DNA from: Lingula anatina | Lineage: Eukaryota; Animalia; Brachiopoda | Assembly: GCA_051362555.1 (NCBI GenBank) | Contig: CM120640.1 | Location: 49,268,788 to 49,332,787, forward strand | Length of the DNA: 64,000 nt | Direction: 5' to 3' | Shown here: positions 46,201-60,900 of the stretch, one piece after another | Layout of the letters: each line of letters starts with the position of its first letter | Numbering within the stretch: the first letter of the stretch is position 1 | Made by a program: the position numbers and the translations under genes | Notes under the pieces: model-generated | The model's database searches: none | Seen by the model: only the letters and a program-made list of their open reading frames with translations | Told to the model about the DNA's origin: nothing

Positions 46201-49200
46201 CAAGGTTAAACCTTAATCAGATAACTGCTCTCAAGCCAGAAGATCCTCACTGTACATCTAGGACGCGTAATTAACGCAGGAGCTACCTGTATTTCACGCC
46301 GGTGTTCAACAGTACGCCAGCTGCCTTTGAATGTATCGCGCCCTGTTTCCTCTTAACATATACCTTGACTGGCATATTATTGGGTCATTGTACATCTTTT
46401 CATGACAATAGCTATCTTTGCTTTACCAACTCGAAAGTAATATTTTTAGTCCTGTTTTTCTTTTAATAAAGTGATTTATTGACTGAACTTACTCATATAA
46501 TGTAGAGGGAATTTGTAAACAAGTCCTGATGTGTAATACAAGGAGTGGAGAGGCGGACAAATATTAATGTCAAATATTTAAAGATGATTTCGTGCTGTAT
46601 GCAGAGTTTGACATACACGTATACATCTATTTATTTATCCCTTTCAAGTAGTAGATATTCCCTTTATTTATAGTAACATACGTAACAATTCAAAAAAGTC
46701 GTGTTTACGCGTTGCACACCAACCTGTTTTCACCCGCATATTAGTTTATCTTGAGCTCAATTTGGGATAAATCCATTTTTTACAAGATACTAAGAAAAAG
46801 GAACTAAAATGAAAACCCGGGAATTCCCTTCAAAACCACCGGTTAAAAGTATGCTACAAGATGATGGCTCTGCCCGTGAAAAGGTCGAATAACACTAAGA
46901 GGTGTTTTTAACACTTAGTCTATTAATTCCTGCAGTAAACGTTTGTACCTGTTATGTTAGTACAAATATCTGATACAGATACCAGTTGCTAACTACGTAA
47001 ACAAATGCATTCTCCGTTACAAGGAGGAGAGCTAACTCTATCTAAAACCCACTAACAGGCCCTCCCATTTTGCCAGATAGCAATCATCACCCATTAATAT
47101 AAGACTTGTGGTGTAGATGCACAGAGCCGATAGAGCTAGTTTATTTGATTGGATATAGTGATATGTCTTAAAAGCTCATAAAGACAGCCAAGTGGAAGAA
47201 AGCAACAGTCTAAGTATTCCGTTTGCACATATTGTACAGCGTGAAAGGCGACAGCAGGGTTTGAACTCCCGAACTTTTAAGTCACGAGTGTACTGCGCTG
47301 CAAGTCAACGGGTTGAAGGTTAAATCATTTTTGCCAACACAAACAGCATGAGAACAGTGTGGGTCACGCTATGACTTCCTTGTGGATTCGACAATGAGTG
47401 ATAGGTATACAAATTTATGTCGATTCAGCAATAGCACATGGGATTATATCGGTGGGATTTCAATTGCACTGAATCCGCATTTCCCTGGCGCTTGAAAAAA
47501 GTGGACCGTACAGCTGTCCTGGATGTGATGTTTTGAATTGTGATAGAGATGCTTGGCTACGCTATTATGTCGTCGTTTTGATCGTTAGTTTTGATTCTTA
47601 ACTGTAGTACATTTAAGCTTTCGATACCACTCTTGTTTTGAACAATATCACCCAAAAAGGAAGTCATTCCTTATAGATACAAACGATGCGAGGTTTAAAG
47701 TTAAAAGACAACCTACAAATACTAGAAAAACTCTCTGAGCATATTAATTATTCTAATGAGTGACATTATCCGATTAAATTATTATTCCACCTAGCAAGTA
47801 TGATAAATTTTAACTGGTGGATCCTTAAACTCTCATAAAAACGAGCATAAGCTGGAAAAAACAAAACAAAAAAACTCGGCAACAACATTCTGAGATAACA
47901 AACGGCGCCGATCAAAACATCCTACTTGTTAAAAGGAGACAAACTTCTCACAGAAAATACAAATACTTAATCGATGCAATGCAAATATCGGAAAATTCCT
48001 ATTTTGTAATTCTTTATTCGTTAAATTCAAGAAAAACTACATGCAATTATACTTGGGGATAACCCTAGCGAGATGTTTATCGCTCGCTAAGGGAAACGAG
48101 CCCGTCAAGAAGTCCTTTATCTCTGGCAAAATTGAATCTGGCTCCTAGGGGTTTTGTTAGGTCAACTCTCTGTTTCAGTCTGTGATTTGATGGATAAGCT
48201 GACAAAGAAATCAATTTGATATCATTTCGGATACGATGTAAGCATCTCCCATGAAGACAGCTTGGAGATGTAGAGGGGAGGGGGGGCATGAGTTCTTCCG
48301 GTATCTCCGCCATATTGAGCAATAACTACAAAACATATTCTCAACAGAGTTGTTTTAGGTAAACTTGTAATACGGCACGAAACTGTTTGGTTGGATTTGT
48401 TGCATGCAATTGGTAGTCATCTGTGATGAGCATTTTTCAATGTTTACGCACTGAAGCCTTTCACGCCACGTTTTATTTTCGCACAGTTAACACTTAGCGT
48501 GCCAAATCGATGAATCATTTGTAGAAAGAAGCTTTTCAGACTTTTTTCTCGAAAATTCAAATACTGGTATCAAAATAAACATTACGACTGAACATTATCG
48601 ATTCAATGCATTATATAAATCTCACAGAAAGCAAGTTGACTGAGTTGAGGCCATGAAAATAATGTTGTTTTACATGCAAGACCTTTGGTGGGAAATATAA
48701 AGTGAAAACAAGTCTCAAATTATACTTTTAGCCTTATTTTTAAAACTTGCAGGAACTAGCTTAGGTACCTGCATTAACACTTTGCTGACTCGTATTCAAC
48801 AAAATCACCCCTGTAGTCAAGCTTTGTTCTGCAACGGAAAGATGAAAATTGTATTTCTTCGTTATTTCTTCTCGTGTTTGCGTTCAATCAAAACCGGATC
48901 ACAAAAGGATTCAATTCTGATGTGTTCGCTTAACACTAATCAATATCACGCACTGTGACTAAGTCACAAAAAGAGAAACATTATTTGGTTTTACCTATCA
49001 TTTTAATGAATAGAAACGCGGAATCCAATATTCATTTGATAGCCAGAGAGGGCAGTAATTGAGTTTATAATGGGTAGGCAACGGTTGTTTTACACGCTCG
49101 GTACTCATCAATCACAAAACCCAATCACAGCATTTGTGTATATTCACTGCGGAATTTATCGAAGTCCTTTAGGGTCTGGATATGAATACCATGCAGGTTG

Positions 49201-49453
49201 AGCGTGTAATGCCTAAACACATATACCCACTTTTCCATAGCATATTTCTCTATCCTTTAGTGCATTTATATAAGACGTTCATTTTTCGGGAGTCTCCATC
49301 CTTTTCTTGCAAATTGACTCTATCTTACCTAGATTATAAACAGATATAGTATTGCAAATGTTTTCTATTTTCTCAAAAGCTCCACTAAAACTCTTTTGCA
49401 CAAAATTCTTTTTCACTCTTTAATTACGACACGTAGAACTACCCTATTCTTTT

Positions 49454-49621
49454 CAGGGGCGGATCCAGAGATATTTTCTGACAGTCATCCAAATTATCTT
49501 TGTTGATCCATCTTCCATTTTTGACCGTCTTCCGACAGAAAAAATTGGATACCCGTCAATGTAAACTTGAAAATCTGGCCGTCTTCTAGAAGACCCAGAA
49601 GACGGCCTAAATCCGCCCTTG
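49454..49621. mobile_element. Small TIR MITE (CAGGGGCGGAT termini, hAT-like)
   Basis: caggggcggatcca ... taaatccgcccttg termini. Subterminal hairpin ggccgtcttct..agaagacggcc. CTTTT lies on both flanks, but the context is T-rich. Confidence 0.7.
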
Positions 49622-51875
49622 CTTTTTTCTGAAGTAAGATCATGTCTCTGCGATACTCACTAAAAAGACCGCACAATAAAAAAATTCTTGCAACCAGGGT
49701 GGTAACAAGCTTATTGGTTAATTCTCAAATGACAGAAAGGTGTACATATCCAATTTTAAAGCACACTCAATCTTTCGGTATTCAGTTGTCTTCCTTGATA
49801 TTAGTAATGTTTTCGGCAAGTAAGTCACATTGTCCTACTACTTATTACAGCACCCCAAAACAGAGGTAGGTCACTTACTTTGTTTTTATATCAGTGCTGT
49901 GTTGTAATACAATTTCAAGAAATTAGACAAGAGCCACTTGATACGCCAGTACAGGTAGGGTTTTCGCCAATAATTTTACTTGGTGCGTATTCTGAATGTC
50001 CCCTCGTGTAATACTGGATAAGGATCTCAGTGCTTTGCCCTTAGAGCTTCAATATATTTTAACTAATGATGGCCGTCTTTGAGCAAGCAGTTCCTGCCTA
50101 TGGAAGTGGTGGCATATACTGTTGACTTTATTTCCGTCCTCTAGGGAACATATGTCATCATACCTGAGTGACAACACCGAACTGTATTATTTCTCTATTA
50201 AGCTGATTAGTTCCATTAAAACCAATTACGATATATTTTATTATGATTGAAAGTACGGATAAAGTTAATGGCTTCCTTGTTGCTCTGTTGTTCAGTCGAA
50301 TATTAAAGCGCATTGTATTTTGTAAAGACTGGGAAATTTTCTGAAAGGCTCCCTGTTGAGAAAGCATGCATACAATTCTAAAGACAAATGCTGCAGTGCG
50401 GTTGCATAACAAAGCATCAGATTGCGCTTTGCGAACAATGGCGTTTCACCTTTACACACCGAAAACCAGGGCAATGGAACTGCAGGAAAATACTGCCAGA
50501 CAAAATCCTCACAGAAAAGAATGAGATAGATCATTCACCGAGTAGAGGGAAATCCAAAAGTCTTAAGTCAGGGTAAAAATCTATATATATTTAGATTTAA
50601 CCGATAAGATAAAAGCACATGTATCTGGAAAACTGCTGAATCGAAAAGTATGGCTATACATATTTGAAAGAACTTTACGTTGAAGACAAGGGCCTTGTAC
50701 CCACACCCTGCAATCTCTGGGATGATCAAAGATTATCTACAAAATGAACTTGATCAATAATTTCCTAATGAGAATGCAGAACATGCCATGCCACACATGA
50801 ATTTTAAACTGTTTTCCGATCAAACTCCAACAGATTCCCATATGAGTTATAGACCAAGTGGAATGTACGTTAATAAAATTATGGAACAAGACAACCCACG
50901 GTACATTTATCAAGCAACAAGACGCATGCATATCTTTTTGCGCTGTACAAGTCTCTGTCATTTTATATTAAACAAACTAATCCACATTTAAAAAAGGGCA
51001 CGTTTTAAGGCTGTGACTTATGTATTTTTTTTCATTTTGTGACACAGTTGTTGATGGATGGGAACTATTTAAACATGAATCGATGCTGTCAATGAGAGGC
51101 AGGCTCATCATCATGATATTCTTCAAAAATTTTTTTCTTTTGAATTCGAATTGAGTGGAAAAGTGAAACAGCACCTTTGACCATTAACATATTGGAAGAA
51201 TAATTGTATGTTGATCTGAAATTAAACCGACTCAAAATCTTAGCTGCCGAATCCGGGTATATTATTAAAATGAGATTCAAATTTTTCATTATAAAAGAAT
51301 AACAAATTAAAAAAATAATTTTCGGCGTCTCCAATCATATCCACTAGACCTATCTAACGAAAAGCGATACTTTCAAAATGTCCGCCAAAGGCACAGAAAA
51401 ATCCGGAGTTAGGGGCAGTTTTATTTACAACGCCCCGAAAAAAGAGAGCTAGTCGAGGGGTTTGATTGAACCAGAGCACACTGCTACCTCAGCCAAAGGA
51501 CCAGTCATATGTTTGTCAGTCTGACTGGTCGTCTAGCCGTTTGAACGGCTGTCTGTGTGTCTGTCTGTTTGGTTGGTTGCCCGGTTGTCTGTATGGTTGC
51601 CATTATGGCTTGCCTGCCTTATGTTTTGACAGTTTTTATCGTTGGCTGGCTTGTCGCCTTGTTGCTTACTAATATATGCAGCAGCGAGGCTCGAGAAGCA
51701 AAGAACAAATAATGTTTTAACTTAGATTAGTTTAGAATACTGGCAGTTGTATGACAGGCGCAGGCGAACGAGTCGATTTTGCGAATGGGCCTATATATAA
51801 TGGGATTTAACTGCCCTAAATTTCGTTTATCCAGTGACCATACTGATCTGCATTAATACACATGACTGAAGAATA

Positions 51876-51945
51876 TGGTCGAATGGGTAGTGGAAGCGGA
51901 CTTATAATCAAATCATGAGTTCGGGCGTCAGCAGTTGACAGAATG
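51876..51945 (+). mobile_element. Degenerate tRNA-derived SINE head
   Basis: A-box-like TGGTCGAATGG and B-box-like GAGTTCGGGC at tRNA-like spacing. No intact cloverleaf. Confidence 0.3.
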
Positions 51946-54900
51946 TTCTCTATGTTACAAATTTTGGTAGTTTTTGTTTTCATCTGGGGGAGGCGTGCGC
52001 TCTCTGTTAGTAGTTTCACAAGCGTTTCATAAACGGGTGGTATCATACGTTTTAACGGTTGCTGTTTATCAAAGTTCTCTCAGATCTACATTCAGTAGAT
52101 CAAAGCAGTTCCTACAGAAATCCCTAGGTCTAGTTTCGATACGTTGTAGATAGATTTACGAACATAATGCATTCACCCAAAAGCACGCACTGGCATAAAA
52201 CATCGTTATTATTACTGGCATGCTTTAGTGCAAAGATACCACATCCCCCGGGATCATCCTTACAAAAGCATCAACAAGCTTTCAAGTAATCTATGCCTAA
52301 ATTTTTTATACAAGCATGATAATGGGACAAATGGTGCTATTTCTGTAATTCTATCTGTTCAGAAGGAAGATAAAAATGGCGATATTTTAATTTTCTGGCA
52401 ACTAATTTTCATAACACAGCGAAAGTCATATTCCGAAAACGCAATGCCAACATATCATTTCGCATCTAGACTTTAAAGAAATGTGATCATTCGGCCATCT
52501 ACTTTTCTTGAGCATTGCCACCAGTTCTTTGTATATAAGCTAATACACAATACCTATTGCCCTCTGTTTGGAGGGGAGGGTGTCCTCAATAACATACGGT
52601 GCGGTTTTACCCTGAGACAAACACTAGGTGAAGACTTGGGCCAGATCACCTCATTCACTGTCATACGAACACATCGTCCCGAAGTGCCTAGCGCCAGATA
52701 TCTAAGAGCGCGAACCTGAGACACCTCTTTTTTGTTAGGTGTAAGATTTACCACCTGCTCCCTAATACGTTCCTCAATGCCTCGTTTTCTCCTCCTGCTC
52801 TGGTCAAGAATGATGTAAGCTTTTGTTTTATTGAGTGATTATACAGTGTCTCCTATGTGCTTGGAACTTGCAGAGTTTTGAGGGTCATTGGTACCAGGTC
52901 TTTTGTGCATATTGCTTTCAGTGCAGTGCCTGCTCTGTTTTTACGATGTACGTTTCTGAGCAGTCGCCCAACCAGTCCATCCATGTCATCACCTGGGGAA
53001 AGGTCTCAGTGTGAACCCACAGCGCCAGTTTGTCATTTAATTTTACCATGTAAGTTCCAGAATCTGAAAATATTCTTGATCAAGATTCTCAAAGATTACT
53101 AAGAACATTCACTCATTTACTCATTCACAGCTTTATACCCCTTTTCGACCAAAGAAAAAAAAATTATATTCATGGGATTACTGGTCGTGGGGGCAAGGGA
53201 CAAAGCCAACAAAACTCTTAGTTCTCAAATTGTTCTTAACGCCACCAGGCTATGTAAAAACATCGAGTCCAAATCTACAGTTCTAGTTCTACTTTGAAGA
53301 AACATAACGCAAACAGATTATGACAACCAGTTGCTGAAAATGAAAATTTGTCGGTTGGACCATGTTTTCACAGACAAAATATAACCTTGTCTGCAGGCCA
53401 TAGCTCGACATTGTTCGCTATGTAGTAAGCCTAAAGAACTTGTCCGACTGGACTAGCAGACGGCTACCACGACAAGGACCCAAGTTGTACTTAAAATAGC
53501 CCAAATGCAACTCTTCTGAGTGTAAACTACTGGAGCATGGTTGGCCTTTCCGTTACTCAAATGGAGTACAGCTGGACAAAAAAAGTAACCGAAAAAACAC
53601 TAATTATAGGGAATAGTGCTCACAGACACGCCTGGATTCAAAATCCGCTACCTACCTTAATATTCAATAAAAAAGAAGAGACATAATACGAACAGTACTT
53701 TTTCATCAAAATATACCCAGCCTTCAAAACTACAGCAACCGCGACAAAAAAAAAAAGCTTCAAAGGGGAGTGCCATTGGTCTTGTGACATATTTTTGAAA
53801 CAGACCAACTGACGAGGAACCAATTTATATTCTCAATCTTCAGAGAGCACCATGCAACATGAACAAAGCTGGGGAATTGATCGAAGAGCACCAAGGGACT
53901 GATAAGAAAATTAATACTCAAAGAAAATGATAGATGGATTAATGTTGAGGAAAAAAGGCGGTCACGAAAAAGTCCGTCTCATCTGCGACAGTAAATTGGC
54001 CGTGACTGCCAACATTTACCGAAGCGATATAATCAGGCGCCGATGCTATGACACGACGTCATAGGAACCATAACAAATCAAGAACCGCGGGTTACTTCAT
54101 TAAAACATCGCCTATTTTCTAGCCTTTGGTGTTTTTCTTTCACAAACTAATTTCGTTTCTCAAAGAGGAAGTAGTAATCAAATGAATACCATTGGTACGC
54201 AATTTTTTTTCGTGGCTGAAATTACTTTTTTTTGTTAAAAGAAAGATATCTGTTACGTCATTAGTTGATATGCCTGTGTTGTTGAGTAAGTTTCCGAAAA
54301 GTTTCTTTTATAACTAATATATAAACAAATAGTAAGTATAAAAGAATATACGCTTTGATTCTGGCTGGTTGTCTAACATGTTTTAGATTTAAAAACGTGT
54401 GGCATAATAACAGTTAATTCGTACGCTAAGATGTGACATATTTTATTTCCATAGCGGTTCCCCGCATTGCCCAAGGCTCAAACACAAGAATTTCTGCCTG
54501 CGTTTCAGTAACGGCTTTTTTCTACTAACACTGATGGATTGAGAGAACAAGAATATATTTGAATGTATCTTTGGTATATTTTAAATCACTTGCTGTATCA
54601 TACTTAGACCAAACATGCATAGAAAATATTGAACTTTGCATAGGTAGCCTAATGTTATCCCTTATTCGTAGCGGATGGAGGCCAAAACATTTTGCATCTT
54701 TTTTTTTTAAATACGTTAAAAGGATTTTCACTGAACCATTTCCTCAATCAATACGATTTAGACAAATGGAAGCAAACCAGTACAGCAAAACAAATTGAAA
54801 AAATGAGCAGCAAACCTGTGAAACATAATAATTGTATCTCGGGCTAATTTGCTTAGGCACCTGTAAGACCGTAATATTTTTTTACTCGGAACAGTTGCTC

Positions 54901-57900
54901 TGTGAAGAAAACATGTTTCATTTCATGTTGGAATCTTTTTAATCACGTATACTAGTTTTGACGAACTCCCGGCGAGCCTTACAGTTCAAAGTCGGAAAAA
55001 AGCATAACAACGATATGTTAAGAAGAAGGGGTGTCAAAAACAAATTTTTGCGCCAAGAAATGGAAAATGAAGAATGTTGTTTCCGTCTAATTATATCAGC
55101 TAGCAGATTGTTCTAGTGCCTTTCAGGTGATGCATATTCCGTTCAATTTGTACGGGTGTCGAAGTCGGTATACAGGGAGAATGAAGTGTGCTTACCAGGT
55201 CCAGGTTTGTGAGCCACTTTCGATTAATAAATTGTCTCCAACTTAAATAAATATCAGCATTGATTAAAATACAGAGAGAATGGACGTTTAAGTACCTTTT
55301 ATTATCTGGAGGCACAAATAATGTCGAATTCATAGGGTATACTAACTTTCCAAGTAGATATAAGGAACTGACCAATATTGGGTAAGTTAGATCAAAACTA
55401 TCAATCTAACATCAGATAGTTAAATCATGAATACCAATCCACGTATTTACCTCGAACTATTTTAAAAAAAAACACAGTGTCTTTAACGATCAAGATTTTC
55501 TCATAGGTAGCGACAAGAATAAAAAAAATCTCCGTCTACCGCAGGAACATCCAAGAAGAAACCTCACAGGTAGTAGGCCTAACCGACAGAGTGATACATG
55601 TAGTTATTGCTTTGCAAGCTTGTAATCGGCTTCTGTATCCTCAAGACGCAACAGACAAAGGGAGGGGCTTCATTTTGTGATAAACCCGCAACTACACGTA
55701 AGTTGTCTCAGCTGAATTGATTAATTTCCCAAGGCGACAGTGATTTCTCCACCTTATCCAACTCACTCAACATTGGTAACTTCCGCTCCGGAATTAAAAT
55801 CTGACCAAATGCATCTTAATCATCACATGTAGCTTTAAAAGGCTTATTTTAGCTGCTGTCTAAGAGAAAATGAAAGAAAATTGGTAAAAATGATATCTTA
55901 GTATCAACACAAGAATTTTCCCTTCATGTCACATGCTCTTCGTCTTAAAGAAATCCGCTCCTACACTGTATAGCATACAGAATAGCTATCAGAGCGGATT
56001 TCCCAAAAAAGGCAGGCAATATCAGTGTCTCAGATTCTGTGGAATTCAATATGCTTCACGGAACACCATTTTCGTTAATAAAAATTGCTCTTTTAATAAT
56101 GTTTCTCGCGAATTATTTTGATCAACGTTCACGAAGGGTGGTACTTGACGGCTTCAATCGAGGCAATTAGGACTGTGCGAATTACACAGGATTCCTGGAG
56201 TTCGGAACCACGCATGACAACCAATAAAACTGATTTATGCCCAATGTGTATGTTCTTGTATATTGGGAATTATGGTTTATCAAAAGAAATGATTATAAAG
56301 TATTTCAAAAAGACTTCTTCATACCTTATACGGTCGGTCCGATAAAGGTCCTAAGTCTGATAATTGAAGGGTATACTTTTCAGGTCAAGAAGACATTTGG
56401 AACATGGGAAGGTTTTTTTTACGGCTAATAAATGTCTATCAATCTTGATTCATCATCCCTTATCAAATCACATACCAAATCGACATTTAAATGATTATTG
56501 AATTAGGCCGTCAGGAAGTTTTTGAACTACATGCCGTTGGAAGGGGGAATGACATATTTACCTGCCAGTAGCATAGACCACGAAACGATAGCAATATTTC
56601 AATATAAATGCATTTAAATCTACGTCATAAAGAAACTGTTTAGATACATGTTACATACATCTAAGTCATGTCTTTAAAACTGTTTCGCATTACATGGTTT
56701 TTAACGGCACTTGATCTTACGGTGAAAATGTCGCCTTGTTGCAAAATTGACACTCAGATTAAAAAGCTGTCGGAGGATTAGATTGATCAGATATGGGGGT
56801 ATCTCAGGAAATATTACTCCTTGTTAATCAGTCATCTACACAATCCCTTTCAAGTGGAGCACAACTGACAAACCAAACTCCTGAAATGTCATTTGCATAA
56901 ACTAATGTATTCATAAAGGAAAATGTTCTAGAGAATAATTGCATTTCATACGTTTCCAATATTTCAATAATTGAATAGAATAATAAACTGTCATAGACCT
57001 AGTTATCTTATATCTCAATCCATTGGTAGACCATGATTTATTCAGATATCAAAAATTTCCTTGGTGAAAAATATGTTAACAACCTTTTCCAGGAAATCTT
57101 TACCATTATACATTTCAAAAAGGTAGAAAGTTTAACCATAAAACTTGACAAATGCCCAACAAAGATCAACACCTCTATTCATGACGCCGGGGTTGATTGA
57201 AAAGCTTGCCATTTCAAATAAAAGCTAATTAACGAAAGTAAAAAGCCTTTTTTGAAAATTACTTGAAGATCTGTTACTTTCCAGAGTCAATAGGGAAAGT
57301 AGACATGAACACAGGTCAATTGGTTCGTATGTCACAACAAAGAAAGAGATGATTAATTACCGACAACCTTCAGAGTGTATTTGGTCGTTTTCTTGTGTCT
57401 TCTAGACTATGAATAGCTTCCTCTAACGAACTGTTTGTCAATTTGAGAATTGTAGTTGAAATATAGTGCCAATTCAATCGATTTGCCTTCCTAGAAGAGA
57501 AATATCTAAAAAGGTTAAGCCTTTCTCCGAACACAAACAACAGGACTTCATCCTCTTGCATCAAGTTCGTCTACATCCTCTTGCATGTTTTGCCCACAGG
57601 ATCGGATTATGCTGCTTCCAGCGACAGCTTTAAGTATCTCTTGTTGTATCTTCTTTGTGGTGTGGCAAGAGCACTTGTTCGACACTCTTAATTAATAATG
57701 GCAATGTCCCAAAATGCAATACTTGCGCACTCATTGTACATCAACTTTGTATAAGATATTCAATACGTGTTTTCTGAAGTTCTATTTATGAAATAACGAG
57801 ATTCCCGATAACCAGCACAAAGAATACATAAATAACTGAAGAAGTTTAGCATAGCCAAAAGGTTTTAAGAGTGGCAACACATCAATAACATTTACTTCAG

Positions 57901-60900
57901 AAATGTAAAGTGTACTTTCTGCGTAGAAATGTGAGGTGCACTCTCTGAGCTCCATTATGTAAGCAATCGAAGTAGTTATTATTCTCAACTTCATACATGT
58001 GAAATATGCCCGTCCCCAACGTTACTTTGTTAATGTAGTCATAATTTCAATAGAGACTTAGCGTTTTACATTATTGATAATCATGCATACGCTTTTGGGA
58101 TATTCAAACCTAAAGCACATTTACTTTGAGAGGCAATTCAATTGTTCATCGGGTTAACAACCATTTCAGATAAACAGAAATATATTTGATCATGTATCAG
58201 AAACATTGACTGTGAACATTTCTCAAGAATAGTTTGCCGTTAGCTGAACATACAGGGTATGTCTGGGGTTGGATGGTCTTAAAAACTATAAATACAGACT
58301 ATGAATAAACACGTGTTTATTACGTGCGCCACATCTCACTTACCACCGTAGGACAGTCACTTCAGTGATTCAGAAAGGTGCCCCGTCAAGGTGAATGTTC
58401 TGATGACAGTAAAAGGACCCTCTTGTGCTTGATGCCAACTACTGATTTGAAAAGAATTTGGTCGGGCCGCCAGTGGATTATGAGCTCACATAGAGCGCTC
58501 TCCAAAATTATATTAGGTGGCGCTCGTTGGGTTGCCGCTTTTACCTGCCTTGTCTGGACATGAAGTTTTATTGCGCGGCTTTGCAGTTCCCATAAATTTT
58601 CAACTATAGCCTAAGATTTTGCGATAATCTAGTTTTCCCAACCCACTGAGTTGCACACACAGTGTTCTGCTTGGTATGTCCTCTATTCACCGTGTGCTTT
58701 AATTACCAATCTGAATGCATGCTCCGAGGATTCCTGTGGCATCAGGCTCACAAGCTGACCTTTTCAAGGTAACTAAAAGATGAAAATGGAGTGGCTCATT
58801 TAAAACAACTTCCCAGTGAAGCCGTCGGATTGAGAATATCAATAAAATTAATATCTACTTTATGCGACGTGATCCCCAGGGGTCGTGGATGGAAACGCTC
58901 CGCTGATGAATAAGTTCTGATTTAGGCGCAATCAAAACTGGGATACCTTAACAGTATGGTTGATCCCTAAGTCTAGGCTGCCTTAAGAAAAAGAAGCGAC
59001 TTTCTAGAGACTTGCGGATGACAAATACATGTAAATAGCTTGCTTTTCAGAAGAAATGATTAAGCGCGTTATTTGCAATGCAAAGTGAAATTCAGATGTC
59101 TCTAAATTGACAAGAAAACATCGAGGACTACACTTTCAGTTTCCCTAGTTTAATGATTGCAGTGAAACACTCAGAAACATGTTATTAGATACGCATTCTA
59201 ATGGAAGTGAAAGGTTTATATTGCTTCTTGAATGCCTTTCATGGTGCCACATATTATGAGTCTTAATAAATAAGAACTTATGATAAAGAAAGAGAGGGAG
59301 AAAACGGGACAATGTACTGTTTTGAAGTTCCCTAGCATTTACACCTTTTTCACATCAAGCAGTACACTTACCTGTAACTGGGCATTACATAAAAGATGAT
59401 GCACCTAATTAAGTGAAGTTTGACTGATTAACTGAAACGAGCACCAGGAAGCGAACAAGTGGAGAACTTGTGAAAGGGAGTAATACCACTGTAGCGTTGT
59501 GTCAGAGCCTCTCGAATAGAGTCCAGTTTATAGTGAAAAGTTCGATTTGAAACGGACTTTAACGAATAATACCAATGATGAACAGATCCAAGTTACGGAG
59601 TTGCAAACAGTACAGAAAATCACCTTCTGATTGGAAGTAACTATATTGAATTGTGTTACGAACCGAAACGAGCGGATGTATTTTATATTCGACCATACAA
59701 CACAAAAAATACTGTAGTATTTTCCTACTGTCTCCCTTTTTTCTATGAATTTCTCTTGTGCCACTCATAAAAAAATGCAGATGAAAAGAAAAGAGGTGGA
59801 GAATACTTGTTTGTTCCCAAGGCATTTTGAAAATGGAGACGAAGAAGTGTCAGGTGATAAATCAGGTTCAGTGCCTAGGGAAGTATTCCCGGCTACATGT
59901 TACACGTGATTCACAATATCGTTATGAAAAACAATTTTTATGCACGGAATAATTCAAAGTTGATTGAAAAGCGCGAATCCCACACAGGGAAATCTGTTGA
60001 ATGTGCAAAAAATTAAAAGGAGACAATACAGAATAAATGCAATGAAAACAGAGTCAACATTGGTTGCTAGTGATATGACGTGTGTGTTAATGGTTTTACT
60101 GCTTTAATTATCTAAAAGATGCTCTTTCTGTTGAAGTCACCCTTTGATCAAAGCAGACGTCTCTGTCCCAGTATCATTTGAATGATTATTAGAACTTTTC
60201 CAGTAGGTTATTATCATATAATACGTATTGCAATTAAGTTGTGAAACTACCAACATTCATGTAGAATAAACAGTCGAACAATGCCACAGTATAAATATCT
60301 TATCACATCTTATTGTACGCTTCACACTTTTGTACACTTGCTTAAAGTCAAGGAGCAACACGTTAAGATCTTCAGACCCGTTGACATTTCAGCTAGATAT
60401 GGTTTCCGCTTGTGGAGAAAAAAGTAGAATATTTGCTGTCAATAATTCGTGACCCTCATGACAGCAAAACGAAACCGATTACGTATAATGTATGCTGTTT
60501 AACGAAAACGCGTGAGCGGGTTTAAATTATCTGGGAGATACTAAAACTATTACTTAGAGTTCAACTTTGTGAGTATTTGAATTAAGAAATGGTTTACTAC
60601 AATCGATTGTCTAGCATTTTCTCGCCTGGCAATTTTATGTTCACATTGGTAAACACATAATTATTTATCATTTTCTCAATCCACTCGTTTTTTTTTTCAG
60701 TTTGGGGTATTAAATTAGAACTTTATATCGTGTCCTGCGTATCCAATCCAGAGTGCATGTTAATGAGCAAACACGAAGTAGTGTTCTATGTCCCTGCTAA
60801 CGATGTGCTGGAGCAAGTGAGAATACTTTGTTCATGACAAGGATTTGGTTTTTGTTAAATTGACTATGTCGTTGGGGGAATTTTTGCCGTGTCACTTTGA

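Noticed and set aside
47245-47312. tRNA gene (B-box gagttcaaaccc on -); similar signal at ~52700-52770
   Set aside because: No cloverleaf can be formed; at most eroded SINE heads.
57370-57720. Coding-looking minus-strand segment (KKIQQEILKAV..., MQEDEVLLFVFGERL...)
   Set aside because: No recognisable motif and partly explained by a short direct repeat (catcctcttgcat x2).
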